DNA of 36,742 bases from an uncultured Deinococcales bacterium (GTDB lineage Bacteria > Deinococcota > Deinococci > Deinococcales > JAAFIG01): the NCBI GenBank assembly GCA_964247135.1, contig CAXTTL010000010.1:1-36742 (forward strand). The letters are read 5' to 3'. Below, piece after piece: positions 1 through 10,593 of this stretch. The notes beneath the pieces were generated by a model that was not told the DNA's origin, ran no database searches, and worked only from the letters and a program-made list of their open reading frames with translations. Every line of letters starts with the position of its first letter. Position 1 is the stretch's first letter. Position numbers and translations under genes: made by a program.

Positions 1-2028
<2,028 letters not shown>

Positions 2029-2173
2029 GGATGGAGCTTGAAGTTTTGAGTTTTTGCTACTTGCTTTCTAAGTACAAGTAAATTGGATAATCGAACATAA
2101 ATATGCTGAGTGTACTTATTCATGAAAACCACACATCAAGATCAGTTAGGCTTTCTCTGAGAGGATCATACTT

Positions 2174-2677
2174 ATGGCAAAGTGGTGGTTACTGTCAATA
2201 TTGTTGTTAGGAATGGCTCACGCAAATAAGCCTTCGGTTGATCTACGTCAACAATTCATGCGGGCGCTAGAAAGGTCAGAAACCACCATTAGCGATTGCT
2301 CGAAGGTTGCAGACAGCGCAGCTCGAGGAGCTTCAACTTTAGCAGTACAGTTCAAAGATCGAATTTGGGGGAGTACAGTTTTTAAATGGCAATTTTGCGC
2401 TACAAACAGTCTTCAGTTTGACAAATGGAAGCCAAATATCGAAGCTGCGCTCAAAAGAACCTTTGGGAAGAAAATACAGATCAAAAATTATGCTAAACAC
2501 TCTTGGATTCAGTGGGATTTCTGTTTTAGTTGTTTTGCACAAGCTTATGAAGTGCTTTCTCAAGATGGGAAACACGAGGTCTGGATTGAATATCACAAAT
2601 ATGAATTTTTTGAAGGGGCAGTTACCGTTTATACTAACAAACCAGGGGGCTTCATTCGTGTTGGAGCACTGTATTGA
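2174..2677 (+). CDS. Hypothetical secreted protein, 167 aa
   Basis: GAGG upstream of the ATG. N-terminal signal peptide (MAKWWLLSILLLGMAHA). No recognised family. Confidence 0.7.
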   Translation: MAKWWLLSILLLGMAHANKPSVDLRQQFMRALERSETTISDCSKVADSAARGASTLAVQFKDRIWGSTVFKWQFCATNSLQFDKWKPNIEAALKRTFGKKIQIKNYAKHSWIQWDFCFSCFAQAYEVLSQDGKHEVWIEYHKYEFFEGAVTVYTNKPGGFIRVGALY

Positions 2678-2696
2678 GAATGTTTGAAGTTTTCGT

Positions 2697-2732
2697 GCAA
2701 GCTCTGTGTTAAGGAAATGACACAGAGCTTGC
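2697..2732. terminator. Hairpin between convergent genes, likely bidirectional terminator
   Basis: GCAAGCTCTGTGTTA-aggaaa-TGACACAGAGCTTGC, 14/15 complementary. Confidence 0.7.
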
Positions 2733-2749
2733 CAACCGATTTTCAGGAA

Positions 2750-4603
2750 CTAAATACCAATTTGAACTTCTTCCTCGGTTGAGCCAGCAGGAATTACTTG
2801 TACTTGCGTCGCAGAGGTAACACAATCTTCACTTACATCACTGCTAAGTGTTCCCCACCCGTGCAGACCTGCCAATCCTAATCCATCTCCAGCAAGACGC
2901 ATGTTTAACCAAAGTACAGCGAAGAACGCCCCAGTGTTAGGTGAGTAGATCGGAAGTCTAGTTAGCCTGTCTGCTTGAGCAATAGTGGTCAAGCGTTTGA
3001 GTTTATTGAAAGTGCCGTCGGCTTTCAGACCAGGCGCATACTGGTTTATTGATGTAAGTGTTGTGCTCCCTTGGGTTGCTGTGATCCTTACCTGGTTGTC
3101 AGCAATGACGGCAAAAGTTAAATTGACTGGCGACCCACCGCTCAGCCTCGTACTTGAGGTGGTTGGTCTTCCACCACTCAGCGAGTAAAGAGACCAGTTA
3201 TTAAATGTATAGCTGTACTGCAAGCCGATATCAAGACCTGTGCTACCGAAATAAACATATGGAATCTCCAATACACCCGGATTCGTCCCAGGTGCATTGG
3301 ATCGATCAGCCAGCAATGGAGGTGAAATAGTGGCAAATGAGTATGCAAATCGAGCGATAGCAAATACACTTGCAGGATTTCCCAATCCGAAAGCAGTACG
3401 CACACGCCTGAATGGACCAGAGGTCGTAGAACAAGTGGTTGATCGTGGACTCAAAGGCGCATTGGAGGCTCCGGTTTGACTGCTTGGTTGTGTTGTTACG
3501 AAGTCTTCGCCAGTTGCTGGATCACGATAAATAACCCCACCGATAGGAGTGGCAAGATTGAATTTCCCCCTCAAGCTCACTCGGTTCACGGAGATGCTTA
3601 CACCGTTGTTGAAGATCACTTCATTCCACTGACTTTGCGGCAAAGATCGCATGTTTTCAGCGACATATTCACGCTCGAGTCCAGTGATTTGAGCATCAAT
3701 TGATCCTTGAATCTGTTGTCCAAGGGTATCTGGAACGGTGTTAGTCCGCAACCGCACGTGCCGCAGTGTGGTCACAGGAGCAACAGCGCTGTCGCCGTCC
3801 AATCCAGTAAAAAACACCTGTTGTGCTCCAATAGTGGTGGCTCGAGTTAGAACGGCTGCTGTGGTTTCTTCGGGGCTTCGTGAAACACGTTTGGCTATTT
3901 CATTGGCAATTTCTACAGTGATGGTAAATTTTATTGGGTTGTTGCTGGTGGTGGTTTGAAAGGGTACGAGAAAACCAAGCGTGACTTGTCCAAGTTCATT
4001 GGGATTGATCTGTCGCCCACCAGTTGCATTGCGGAGGACGTAACCATACTCGAGCACCTGATCGCTGGTAATATCGCCAGCTTGCACGGCGGCAGTTTGC
4101 AGTGCGGTACTTTCACTGGTCAGAAAGCCTTGAAAATCGGCTTCGGCTGGATTGACCTGCAAGAGTCCCGTGTTGAGTTGCATTCCATGACTTGGGCGAA
4201 TGCTTTGCGCGACACTGGGATCGGTGATTGCCACATTACTGGAATTGAGCAGGGATTTGAATGCCGTACCACCAAGGTTATTGGCAGCTTGGTTGTAGGC
4301 GTAAAGGGTCAAGTTATTCCAAGCTGTGGTGCTGATGTTCTTAAATTCAAAAGTTCCCCAGAGGTAACGCAAGCTGTTGGTGGTGTCATCAAGGAAACCA
4401 CCTGATACCTTACGGGTGATTTGATATCCGGTAGTGATTAAAGTTTTTGGGCTGATTGAAGTTTCACTGTTTCCAATGGTCAAGTTGACTGTGCTGTAAG
4501 TTGGTTCAGGATGTGGTGGAGCGCTCGAAGTGGCTTGTTGACAGGCAGCCAAACCTAAGAGAAAAACCAGAAATCCGAGGGTAGCGGAACGTCGCAAGAG
4601 CAT
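2750..4603 (-). CDS. Lipoprotein, ~617 aa, with a possible YrpD-like C-terminal domain
   Basis: GGAGG-N5-ATG at 4603 and lipobox LAAC. C-terminal PYVYFGSTGLDIGLQYSYTFNNW resembles Bacillus YrpD (recalled as YIYSGF..SDIGFQYS..YNVW). Confidence 0.7.
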   Translation of the reverse strand: MLLRRSATLGFLVFLLGLAACQQATSSAPPHPEPTYSTVNLTIGNSETSISPKTLITTGYQITRKVSGGFLDDTTNSLRYLWGTFEFKNISTTAWNNLTLYAYNQAANNLGGTAFKSLLNSSNVAITDPSVAQSIRPSHGMQLNTGLLQVNPAEADFQGFLTSESTALQTAAVQAGDITSDQVLEYGYVLRNATGGRQINPNELGQVTLGFLVPFQTTTSNNPIKFTITVEIANEIAKRVSRSPEETTAAVLTRATTIGAQQVFFTGLDGDSAVAPVTTLRHVRLRTNTVPDTLGQQIQGSIDAQITGLEREYVAENMRSLPQSQWNEVIFNNGVSISVNRVSLRGKFNLATPIGGVIYRDPATGEDFVTTQPSSQTGASNAPLSPRSTTCSTTSGPFRRVRTAFGLGNPASVFAIARFAYSFATISPPLLADRSNAPGTNPGVLEIPYVYFGSTGLDIGLQYSYTFNNWSLYSLSGGRPTTSSTRLSGGSPVNLTFAVIADNQVRITATQGSTTLTSINQYAPGLKADGTFNKLKRLTTIAQADRLTRLPIYSPNTGAFFAVLWLNMRLAGDGLGLAGLHGWGTLSSDVSEDCVTSATQVQVIPAGSTEEEVQIGI

Positions 4604-4960
4604 GTTGACCTCCATTTGACAGTGAAACTCGAGTTGATTTGCTTACCGATACGTTGCCAACGATGTTGACCAAAGAATCTTCCTTTCTTTTCCGCTTCAC
4701 AAACAGTACGGAATAAGTATGCTAAAAACATATTACAATATACTAAGTATGTAAATACATAAGCAGATAGCAACGCTTTCTGACCCCTCCAAACATCAAT
4801 CAAATTACTGATGGCTTGTTGAGTACGAGATTCTCGCCATAATGCTAGAACAACGTCATGAGTGAATTATGGTAGAAAATTTCCAGGTGAAACAGATAAT
4901 TTTTACTATCAGAAACCAGCGCTTTGTCGAAGATAGTTTTTTGATACAACAGCTTCACAC

Positions 4961-5305
4961 CTCGAGCCTCACAAAAACATAACGCTCGAGACTCCCAAAA
5001 AAACCCCCAGTTTTTTCGCTGTCGCTTTGCTGATGCCCCGTTTGCCAGCAAGAATCTGTGACAGTGTGCTCTGCGCCACCACACCAGCTTTCTCGAGTTT
5101 GTTGGTTCGCTTATGCTGGGTTTGATGGACGTGATGCTCGCTCGAGAAATGCTCTTTATGCTGTGGGCGGGTAATCGTCCAAAGCTCCAACTTCTGCCCA
5201 AGGGTGCTTGTCCACGAAAATCACTGGCACAACCAAACCATGCTGTTTGACTGCCCGCTCGAGACTTTCATCGGCTGTAATGAACTCACAACCCAAAGAT
5301 TCAGC
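4961..5305. repeat. Copy A of a ~350 bp segmental duplication (HigA HTH fragment + linker + vapC 3' end); copy B at 8322-8694
   Basis: Aligns by eye with 8322-8694 from CTCGAGCC to CCCAAAGATTCAGC. Confidence 0.9.
4969..5097 (-). pseudogene. Orphan C-terminal HTH half of a HigA-type antitoxin
   Basis: LEKAGVVAQSTLSQILAGKRGISKATAKKLGVFLGVSSVMFL*, nearly identical to the C-terminus at 5873-6038. Similarity stops at CTCGAG 5092-5097. Confidence 0.8.
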
Positions 5306-5677
5306 AATTGCCAAAAACTCTGCATCGCCAGTGCTTCGGGTGCGATGCAAGGCTTTTTGCAGGGCATAAACCCGACCCCAATCGGGTGTGTGACTCTGCC
5401 AACTCGCGCCAAGAATGTCCTCGAGCACACCCAAACCATCCTCGAGCGCGACCAAACCCGCGCCAATGGCATCGCGGTAAATGACGTTTGCAACTTCGGA
5501 GAAGAACAATTCTGGCACGTGCAATTCTGCCCCGTGAATCGCGGCACGACTGAGGAAAGTTGCGGCAGCGTTGGCGAGTGTGCGGCTGCTCTCGGGAATC
5601 AGACTGTCAGGTAAACCGCCAAGCACAGCAACATTCGTGTCAATCACATAACGTCGGGCAATATTTCGGGCGTTCAC
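5156..5677 (-). CDS. vapC: PIN-domain (VapC-family) toxin
   Basis: PIN acidic motifs YVIDTNV, ELFFSEVAN, GDAEFLAIA and FITADESL. Confidence 0.88.
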   Translation of the reverse strand: MNARNIARRYVIDTNVAVLGGLPDSLIPESSRTLANAAATFLSRAAIHGAELHVPELFFSEVANVIYRDAIGAGLVALEDGLGVLEDILGASWQSHTPDWGRVYALQKALHRTRSTGDAEFLAIAESLGCEFITADESLERAVKQHGLVVPVIFVDKHPWAEVGALDDYPPTA

Positions 5678-5829
5678 TTGCCATCGCGCAAGCGGCGTAC
5701 AGATTTGACTGGATCAAAACCGCCTGGTTTCAACACTTTGACCTTGCGGCGTTGAATGCCCGTAAAAGCTTTGGCTTTCGCTTGTGGGCGCGTGCTCGAG
5801 GTTTGGTTTTGAGGGTTGCCCTTGCTCAT
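5674..5829 (-). CDS. 51-aa putative antitoxin (absent from the ORF track)
   Basis: MSKGNPQNQTSSTRPQAKAKAFTGIQRRKVKVLKPGGFDPVKSVRRLRDGK*. Its stop overlaps the vapC start (GTGA). TAAACT-N6-ATG leaderless start. Confidence 0.75.
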   Translation of the reverse strand: MSKGNPQNQTSSTRPQAKAKAFTGIQRRKVKVLKPGGFDPVKSVRRLRDGK

Positions 5830-5872
5830 GTTTACAGTTTACACCATTTTAAATTAGCAAAACTCGAACCAA

Positions 5873-6326
5873 TCACAAAAACACAACGCTCGAGACTCCA
5901 AAAAACACTCCCAGCTTTTTCGCTGTCGCTTTGCTAATCCCCCGTTTGCCAGCAAGAATCTGTGACAGGGTGCTTTGCGCGACCACGCCCGCCAGGTGCA
6001 TTTTGTGGTCAAGAAGCGACCACACCAGCTTTCTCGAGTTGGACTTGGGTTGTGCCACGGTCACGCATCAGGCTGGCGAGCGCATCGCGTGGCGTGCTTG
6101 GGGTTGATGCCCACGGGTCGTTCGCGTTCTCCCACTCGAGCATGTAACGGGCGATCAGGTCTATCAATGGCTCGAAAGTCGGGTCATCCATCGCGTAACG
6201 GTTCGTCAGGTTTTCGAGCAGCGCGTGAAGCTCGAGGTATTCACTTTCGGTTTCGGGTCGTTTGATGTGCGCGTGATGTTGGAAGGACACCCAAGCATTT
6301 TGGGCTTGCTCGAGGTTGATTTTCAT
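5873..6326 (-). pseudogene. higA: HigA-type HTH antitoxin interrupted by a 37-nt insert
   Basis: N-part ..RPETESEYLEL..LIARYMLEWE..TPRDALASLMRDRGTTQVQLEKAGVVAS* (6009-6326). The HTH resumes in another frame as AGVVAQSTLSQILAGKRGISK. Removing 5979-6015 restores one ORF. Confidence 0.85.
5979..6015. mobile_element. 37-nt hairpin micro-insert in higA
   Basis: GCGACCAC repeated 37 nt apart (5979, 6016). Internal stem GACCAC/GTGGTC. Absent from the paralogous copy near 5075. Mobility is inferred only. Confidence 0.55.
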
Positions 6327-6327
6327 T

Positions 6328-6720
6328 CTATCGAATCAGAACAACTTTAAAAGGCAAGTGTGGCAATTTCTTCCAAGCTTGTTCTGCGGTCAAAACGTTT
6401 TGCTGGCTGACTTCTGCCAGTGCCAGACACGCGCAATCACCAAGGCTGAGGTTATACGGATTTCGTCTGGCATAGTAAAACGCGGCGACATCAGATTGTT
6501 CAGCATCAAAAGCGACCACCTCGAGTACATCTTTTAATAAATCAAAGCGAGTATCAATCATTTGTGGCGTGTACGTTCCTGACCCGACCAGTTTGCCTTT
6601 GACTTCGGTTCGGTTGACGGTTGAGATCAGCAAACTACCTTTTTCAAGTTCTTTTTTGACGGCTTCATCGCCAGTTTCCTTCAGAAAGAAAGCCATCAGA
6701 GCACTGGCATCTACGACCAT
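6328..6720 (-). CDS. vapC: PIN-domain (VapC-family) toxin
   Basis: VVDASALMAF, STVNRTEV, LSLGDCACLALA and VLTAEQAW. Confidence 0.92.
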   Translation of the reverse strand: MVVDASALMAFFLKETGDEAVKKELEKGSLLISTVNRTEVKGKLVGSGTYTPQMIDTRFDLLKDVLEVVAFDAEQSDVAAFYYARRNPYNLSLGDCACLALAEVSQQNVLTAEQAWKKLPHLPFKVVLIR

Positions 6721-6980
6721 TTTTTGGCTGCCTCGGCATGGCGTTCATCAAGCAATTCTTGTACCAAATCACGACCATCTTCTCGAGCGAAAGCGCCGTG
6801 TAATTCTTCGATGATGGCATGACGGGTGGTGATTCTGACACTGTTATTCTCGAGTCGCACGATTAAAGCATCGCCTGGTTTAAGGTTGAGGGCTTCCCGA
6901 AATTCGGCGGGGATGACCACTTGTCCCTTTTCACCCAATTTGGCATCTTTGGAAACTTTTCCTGTTAATGTGAGTGTCAT
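6711..6980 (-). CDS. vapB: AbrB/MazE/SpoVT-family antitoxin (VapB-type)
   Basis: KLGEKGQVVIPAEFREALNLKPGD motif. Overlaps vapC. TACAAT-N6-ATG. Confidence 0.92.
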   Translation of the reverse strand: MTLTLTGKVSKDAKLGEKGQVVIPAEFREALNLKPGDALIVRLENNSVRITTRHAIIEELHGAFAREDGRDLVQELLDERHAEAAKKWS

Positions 6981-7117
6981 ACTCTCATTGTATAACGATT
7001 TTATCTCGAGTTCAACTTATTGTTTGTAGTTACCCATAAAGCAGTGTCAATCCCTCGAGTTTAGCTGCATTCCAAATTCTCGAGCATCTTAAACCCTAAG
7101 AAAGGAGCAAAGAATTA

Positions 7118-7537
7118 ATGCTTAATGTCACCAAAATTACCGATGTCTGGGCGAAAAACAGTGCCGTCCTGAACCACATCAGCCGTCCAAAAACCCAAGC
7201 AGATTACCTCGAGTTGATTGATTTGATCGAACACATTACCGACACGGTGGATGACCTCGAGAACAACCCGTACATCGGCTTGCTCGACATTGCCATGACG
7301 TATGCGGACGAATGGGAAGAGCTTCATGTCATACTCGAGGATTCAACCACACCTTGAGATACGCTGGCATTTTTGATAGAACAACATGACCTGACGCAAA
7401 AAGACCTCGAGCGTCTGGGTATTGCCTCGCAACCTGTGATTTCCAAAATTTTAAAAGGCGAACGTGCCATTAGCAAAAGGGTAGCGCAGAAGTTGGCAGC
7501 GTATTTCAATGTGAAACCAAGTGCATTTCTGTTTTGA
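7118..7537 (+). pseudogene. higA: Second HigA-type antitoxin with in-frame TGA at 7355-7357
   Basis: AAGGAG RBS. ..EDSTTP*DTLAFLIEQHDLTQKDLERLGIASQPVISKILKGERAISKRVAQKLAAYFNVKPSAFLF*. The paralogue reads TPRDALA, so a CGA>TGA change is likely. Confidence 0.88.
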
Positions 7538-7579
7538 GAAATTGCTGCTCGAGACTCCAAAAACACGCACAACTTTGAC

Positions 7580-7609
7580 TGCACATTTAAATGTGCAATA
7601 TGCTAAAAT
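7580..7609 (+). promoter_or_regulatory. Perfect 18-bp palindrome (candidate TA operator) plus -10 box
   Basis: TGCACATTTAAATGTGCA at 7580-7597. TGcTAAAAT (-10 at 7604-7609) lies 6 nt before ATG 7616. Confidence 0.65.
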
Positions 7610-7615
7610 ACCTTT

Positions 7616-7858
7616 ATGGAAACGCAAAATCTGACGCTCAGAGTCCCAAAAACCCTGCTGCAAAAAGCAAAACGAACAGCCGCCGCTCGAGGCACAACCA
7701 TCACCAACTTGGTCATTGAAGGACTGACTCGAGCGACAAACACCAATCTCGAGTACGAGGCGGCTTTAAAGCGGCAACGCGCCATGATGGACGACGCAAG
7801 CCCACGACGCGGCAAAGGTGAGGTCATACCCAACCGTGAAGCAGCGCATGAGCGCTAG
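7616..7858 (+). CDS. Ribbon-helix-helix-type antitoxin
   Basis: NLTLRVPKTLLQKAKRTAAARGTTITNLV RHH pattern, C-terminal REAAHER, overlaps the PIN gene. Confidence 0.85.
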   Translation: METQNLTLRVPKTLLQKAKRTAAARGTTITNLVIEGLTRATNTNLEYEAALKRQRAMMDDASPRRGKGEVIPNREAAHER

Positions 7859-8279
7859 TCTCGAGTTTGTTGACACCAACATTTTGCTGTACGCCTTTGA
7901 TACTACCGAACCCGAAAAGCATTCAAGTGCTCAAAAACTCCTCGAGCGTTTGTGGGAACAACAAAACGGTTGTTTGAGTGTGCAAGTATTGCAAGAATTT
8001 TTTGTCAACGCCACGCGCAAACTGAAAAAACCGTTAACCCGCATCGAAGCTCGAGCGGTTCTCGAGGATTACAGTTTGTGGATTGTGCATGTCCCAAGTG
8101 CGGCGGAAGTCATCATGGCAACCACACTGATGGATACAACCAGTATTTCATTTTGGGATGCGATGATGGTCACGAGTGCGCTCGAGTTGGATTGTCGTGT
8201 TGTTTGGAGTGAAAATTTGAATGCGGGGCAAAAAATAAATGGATTGGAAATCCGCAATCCGTTTGCATCAGGTGTTTAA
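7848..8279 (+). CDS. vapC: PIN-domain toxin
   Basis: FVDTNILLYA, SVQVLQEF, SFWDAMM, WSENL and IRNPF. Start placed at ATG 7848. Confidence 0.92.
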   Translation: MSASLEFVDTNILLYAFDTTEPEKHSSAQKLLERLWEQQNGCLSVQVLQEFFVNATRKLKKPLTRIEARAVLEDYSLWIVHVPSAAEVIMATTLMDTTSISFWDAMMVTSALELDCRVVWSENLNAGQKINGLEIRNPFASGV

Positions 8280-8321
8280 CTCGAGCATCAAAGGTTTTTA
8301 ATTTGGCAACACTCGCAAATT

Positions 8322-8694
8322 CTCGAGCCAATCACAAAAACACCACGCTCGAGACTCCAAAAAACGCTCCTAGCTTTTTCGCTGTTGCCTTGCTAATCCC
8401 ACGCTTGCCAGCAAGAATTTGTGACAGTGTGCTTTGCGCGATCCCGCCCGAAGGTGCGTTTTGGGATCAAGAAGCGACCACACCTGCTTTCTCGAGGTTG
8501 TTGGTTCGCTTATGCTGGGTTTGATGGACGCAATGCTCGCTCGAGAAATGCTCTTTATGTTGTGGGTGGGTAATCCCAGACTCCGCCCAAGGGTGCTTGT
8601 TTATCAAAATCACTGGCACGACCAAACCATGCTGTTTGACCGCCCGCTCGAGACTTTCATCGGCTGTAATCAATTCACAACCCAAAGATTCAGC
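8322..8694. repeat. Copy B of the segmental duplication (HigA HTH fragment with insert + degenerate vapC 3' end)
   Basis: Matches 4961-5305. Has a ~10-nt deletion in the vapC tail and a 36-nt insert in the HTH fragment. Confidence 0.9.
8438..8473. mobile_element. 36-nt variant of the hairpin micro-insert
   Basis: GCGATCCCGCCCGAAGGTGCGTTTTGGGATCAAGAA followed by GCGA. Stem GATCCC/GGGATC. Confidence 0.55.
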
Positions 8695-8696
8695 CG

Positions 8697-8987
8697 ATGG
8701 TTGTGCTGGTAAACGATCAAACAGCGTCATGCGGAGAATACTTTGCCAGTGAAATGCAATGGCAAAAACGAGCACTGGTTATTGGGCAAGTCACTGCTGG
8801 AATTGGTAATTCTGCGGCAGAACTTTTCTTGCTTACCAACGGATGGAGAATTGCAGGTGACCACTTCGCTCACCTTTCATGACGATGGTAGCCCCTTAAC
8901 CCCTCAGTATTTCCAGATATCGAAGTGGTCAACGCTTGGGAAAAGCTGTTCACGGGTCGCGACGTTATTTTGGAAAAAGCAATTTAA
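8697..8987 (+). pseudogene. C-terminal remnant of an S41-family peptidase, two frameshifts
   Basis: VVLVNDQTASCGEYFA..RALVIGQVTAG, then ELQVTTSLTFHDDGSPL, then VFPDIEV..GRDVILEKAI*, in shifting frames. Confidence 0.8.
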
Positions 8988-9028
8988 ATTCTTCAAAATC
9001 CGTAACATTCGCTTGGGCAATAACACAT

Positions 9029-10201
9029 TCAAATCCTTCCCAGCGCCGTCTCGAGGTCGCTCCAAAGATCGTGCACATCCTCGAGACCCACATGAATCCG
9101 CACGGTGTTTTCTGGAATCCCAAAAAAATCGTAAGGGTTTAACGCGCCGCGATTCAGCAATCCCAACGTGATCGGAAAAACCAAACTTTCGTGCCCGCCC
9201 CAACTGACTCCGAGCTTAAAATACCGCAACGCATTGACAAACCGTTTGATGCCTTCACGGTCGGCGTTGAGTTCAAAACCCATCAAACCCGTTGTGCCGC
9301 CCAGTTTGGCTGCCAGCTCGGCTTGGGAAAAACTTTTTAAGCCAGGATAATTCACTTTGACAACTTTCTCGTGCTGCTCGAGTTTTAAAGCAATCTCGAG
9401 CGCACTTTTTTGGTGTGCCTCGAGTCGCAGGTTTAGGGTTCGCAGTCCGCGCAGCAACAGCCAACCCTCAAACGGCGAGAGTTTGCCACCCAGGACGTTG
9501 TACTCGAGTCGGTTGATTTTTTCGATGTCTGCGTGTTTGCCAATGATGATCCCCGCCACCGTGTCGCTGTGACCACCCAAATACTTTGAGGCGCTGTGCA
9601 CCACCATGTCGATGCCGTGTTCAATCGGGCGCTGAAAGATGGGCGTCGCCCAAGAATTATCGATGATCGTGTACACGCCCCGCGCTCGAGCCATGTCGGC
9701 AATGGCGCTTAAATCTTGCAAACGAAAGACCATGCTGGTCGGATTCTCGAGGTAGAGCAGGGTCGCGCCAGGCAGTGCGGCTTGAATGGCGTTTAAATCC
9801 CGTCCATCGACAAATTCCACGGTGATGCCGTAACGCGGGGCGAGTTGGGTCAAGAACTTGAACGCATCGGGATAAACGCACTCGACGCACAATACCCGAG
9901 AACCCGCCCGACAACGCGCCAGAATCGCGGTGCTGATGGCTGCCATCCCGCTCGAGAAGGCACGGGCGGCTTCACCACCCTCGAGCTGCGCGACTTTTTG
10001 CTCAAAGACTTGCACGCTCGGGTTGTTGCCCCTCGAGTACATTGGGTGCCCGTCCAGACCGAGGCTCTGAAACGAATCTTCCATCTGCTCGAAGGATTCA
10101 AATGTGAACAACGAGGTTTGATAGATTGGCGGCACCACCGCGCCGAATGGGTACGTTTCATCGTGGGTCAGGATGCTGGCAACTCGAGTTGATTTGGACA
10201 C
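9029..10201 (-). CDS. Cys/Met metabolism PLP-dependent enzyme (cystathionine gamma-synthase/beta-lyase family)
   Basis: PPIYQTS, YSRGNNP, FSSGMAAI, DNSWATP, HSASKYLGGHSD, SWGGHESL and RIHVGLED. AGGAG-N5-GTG start at 10201. Confidence 0.93.
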   Translation of the reverse strand: MSKSTRVASILTHDETYPFGAVVPPIYQTSLFTFESFEQMEDSFQSLGLDGHPMYSRGNNPSVQVFEQKVAQLEGGEAARAFSSGMAAISTAILARCRAGSRVLCVECVYPDAFKFLTQLAPRYGITVEFVDGRDLNAIQAALPGATLLYLENPTSMVFRLQDLSAIADMARARGVYTIIDNSWATPIFQRPIEHGIDMVVHSASKYLGGHSDTVAGIIIGKHADIEKINRLEYNVLGGKLSPFEGWLLLRGLRTLNLRLEAHQKSALEIALKLEQHEKVVKVNYPGLKSFSQAELAAKLGGTTGLMGFELNADREGIKRFVNALRYFKLGVSWGGHESLVFPITLGLLNRGALNPYDFFGIPENTVRIHVGLEDVHDLWSDLETALGRI

Positions 10202-10285
10202 GCGCACTCCTATTAGGCATTTGAGCTTCTTGTCGTTTAGGCTAGCATTTTCGAGCATCAGGAACTTTTTCGCTCGAGTCATCGT

Positions 10286-10593
10286 ATGGTTAGAGCCTGG
10301 TACGCACTCGATCTAACTTTCTACGAGAATTACGCTTAAAGACTAAAGCATCGTTATGCACGACTTTTTTAACTCTCGCTCGTTGGGTATATTTGGAGTT
10401 TGACAGGTCATCTCATACCCCGAAACCAGATTTACGAAAATAGGCGAAGTATGAAACAACAACCAAACGAGTCGAACGTATATCAAAATAGCTGTGTAGA
10501 ACGGGAAATTTTAGATATTAAGATTCGAGTATTTCGGAGAAACCAGAAAACTACACTTCGATTTAGAAGAGCTTCAAACCAGCCTCTAACCAT
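10286..10593. repeat. 16-bp inverted repeat pair (10286-10301 / 10578-10593)
   Basis: ATGGTTAGAGCCTGGT versus ACCAGCCTCTAACCAT, 15/16 complementary. Confidence 0.6.

Noticed and set aside
7355-7357. Selenocysteine or readthrough at the in-frame TGA of higA
   Set aside because: The paralogue has Arg at this position, not Cys, and no downstream hairpin is evident. A CGA>TGA change is simpler.
4961-8987. Integron cassette array
   Set aside because: No integrase, mixed gene orientation and no attC-type RYYYAAC/GTTRRRY boxes seen. The repeats are gene fragments.
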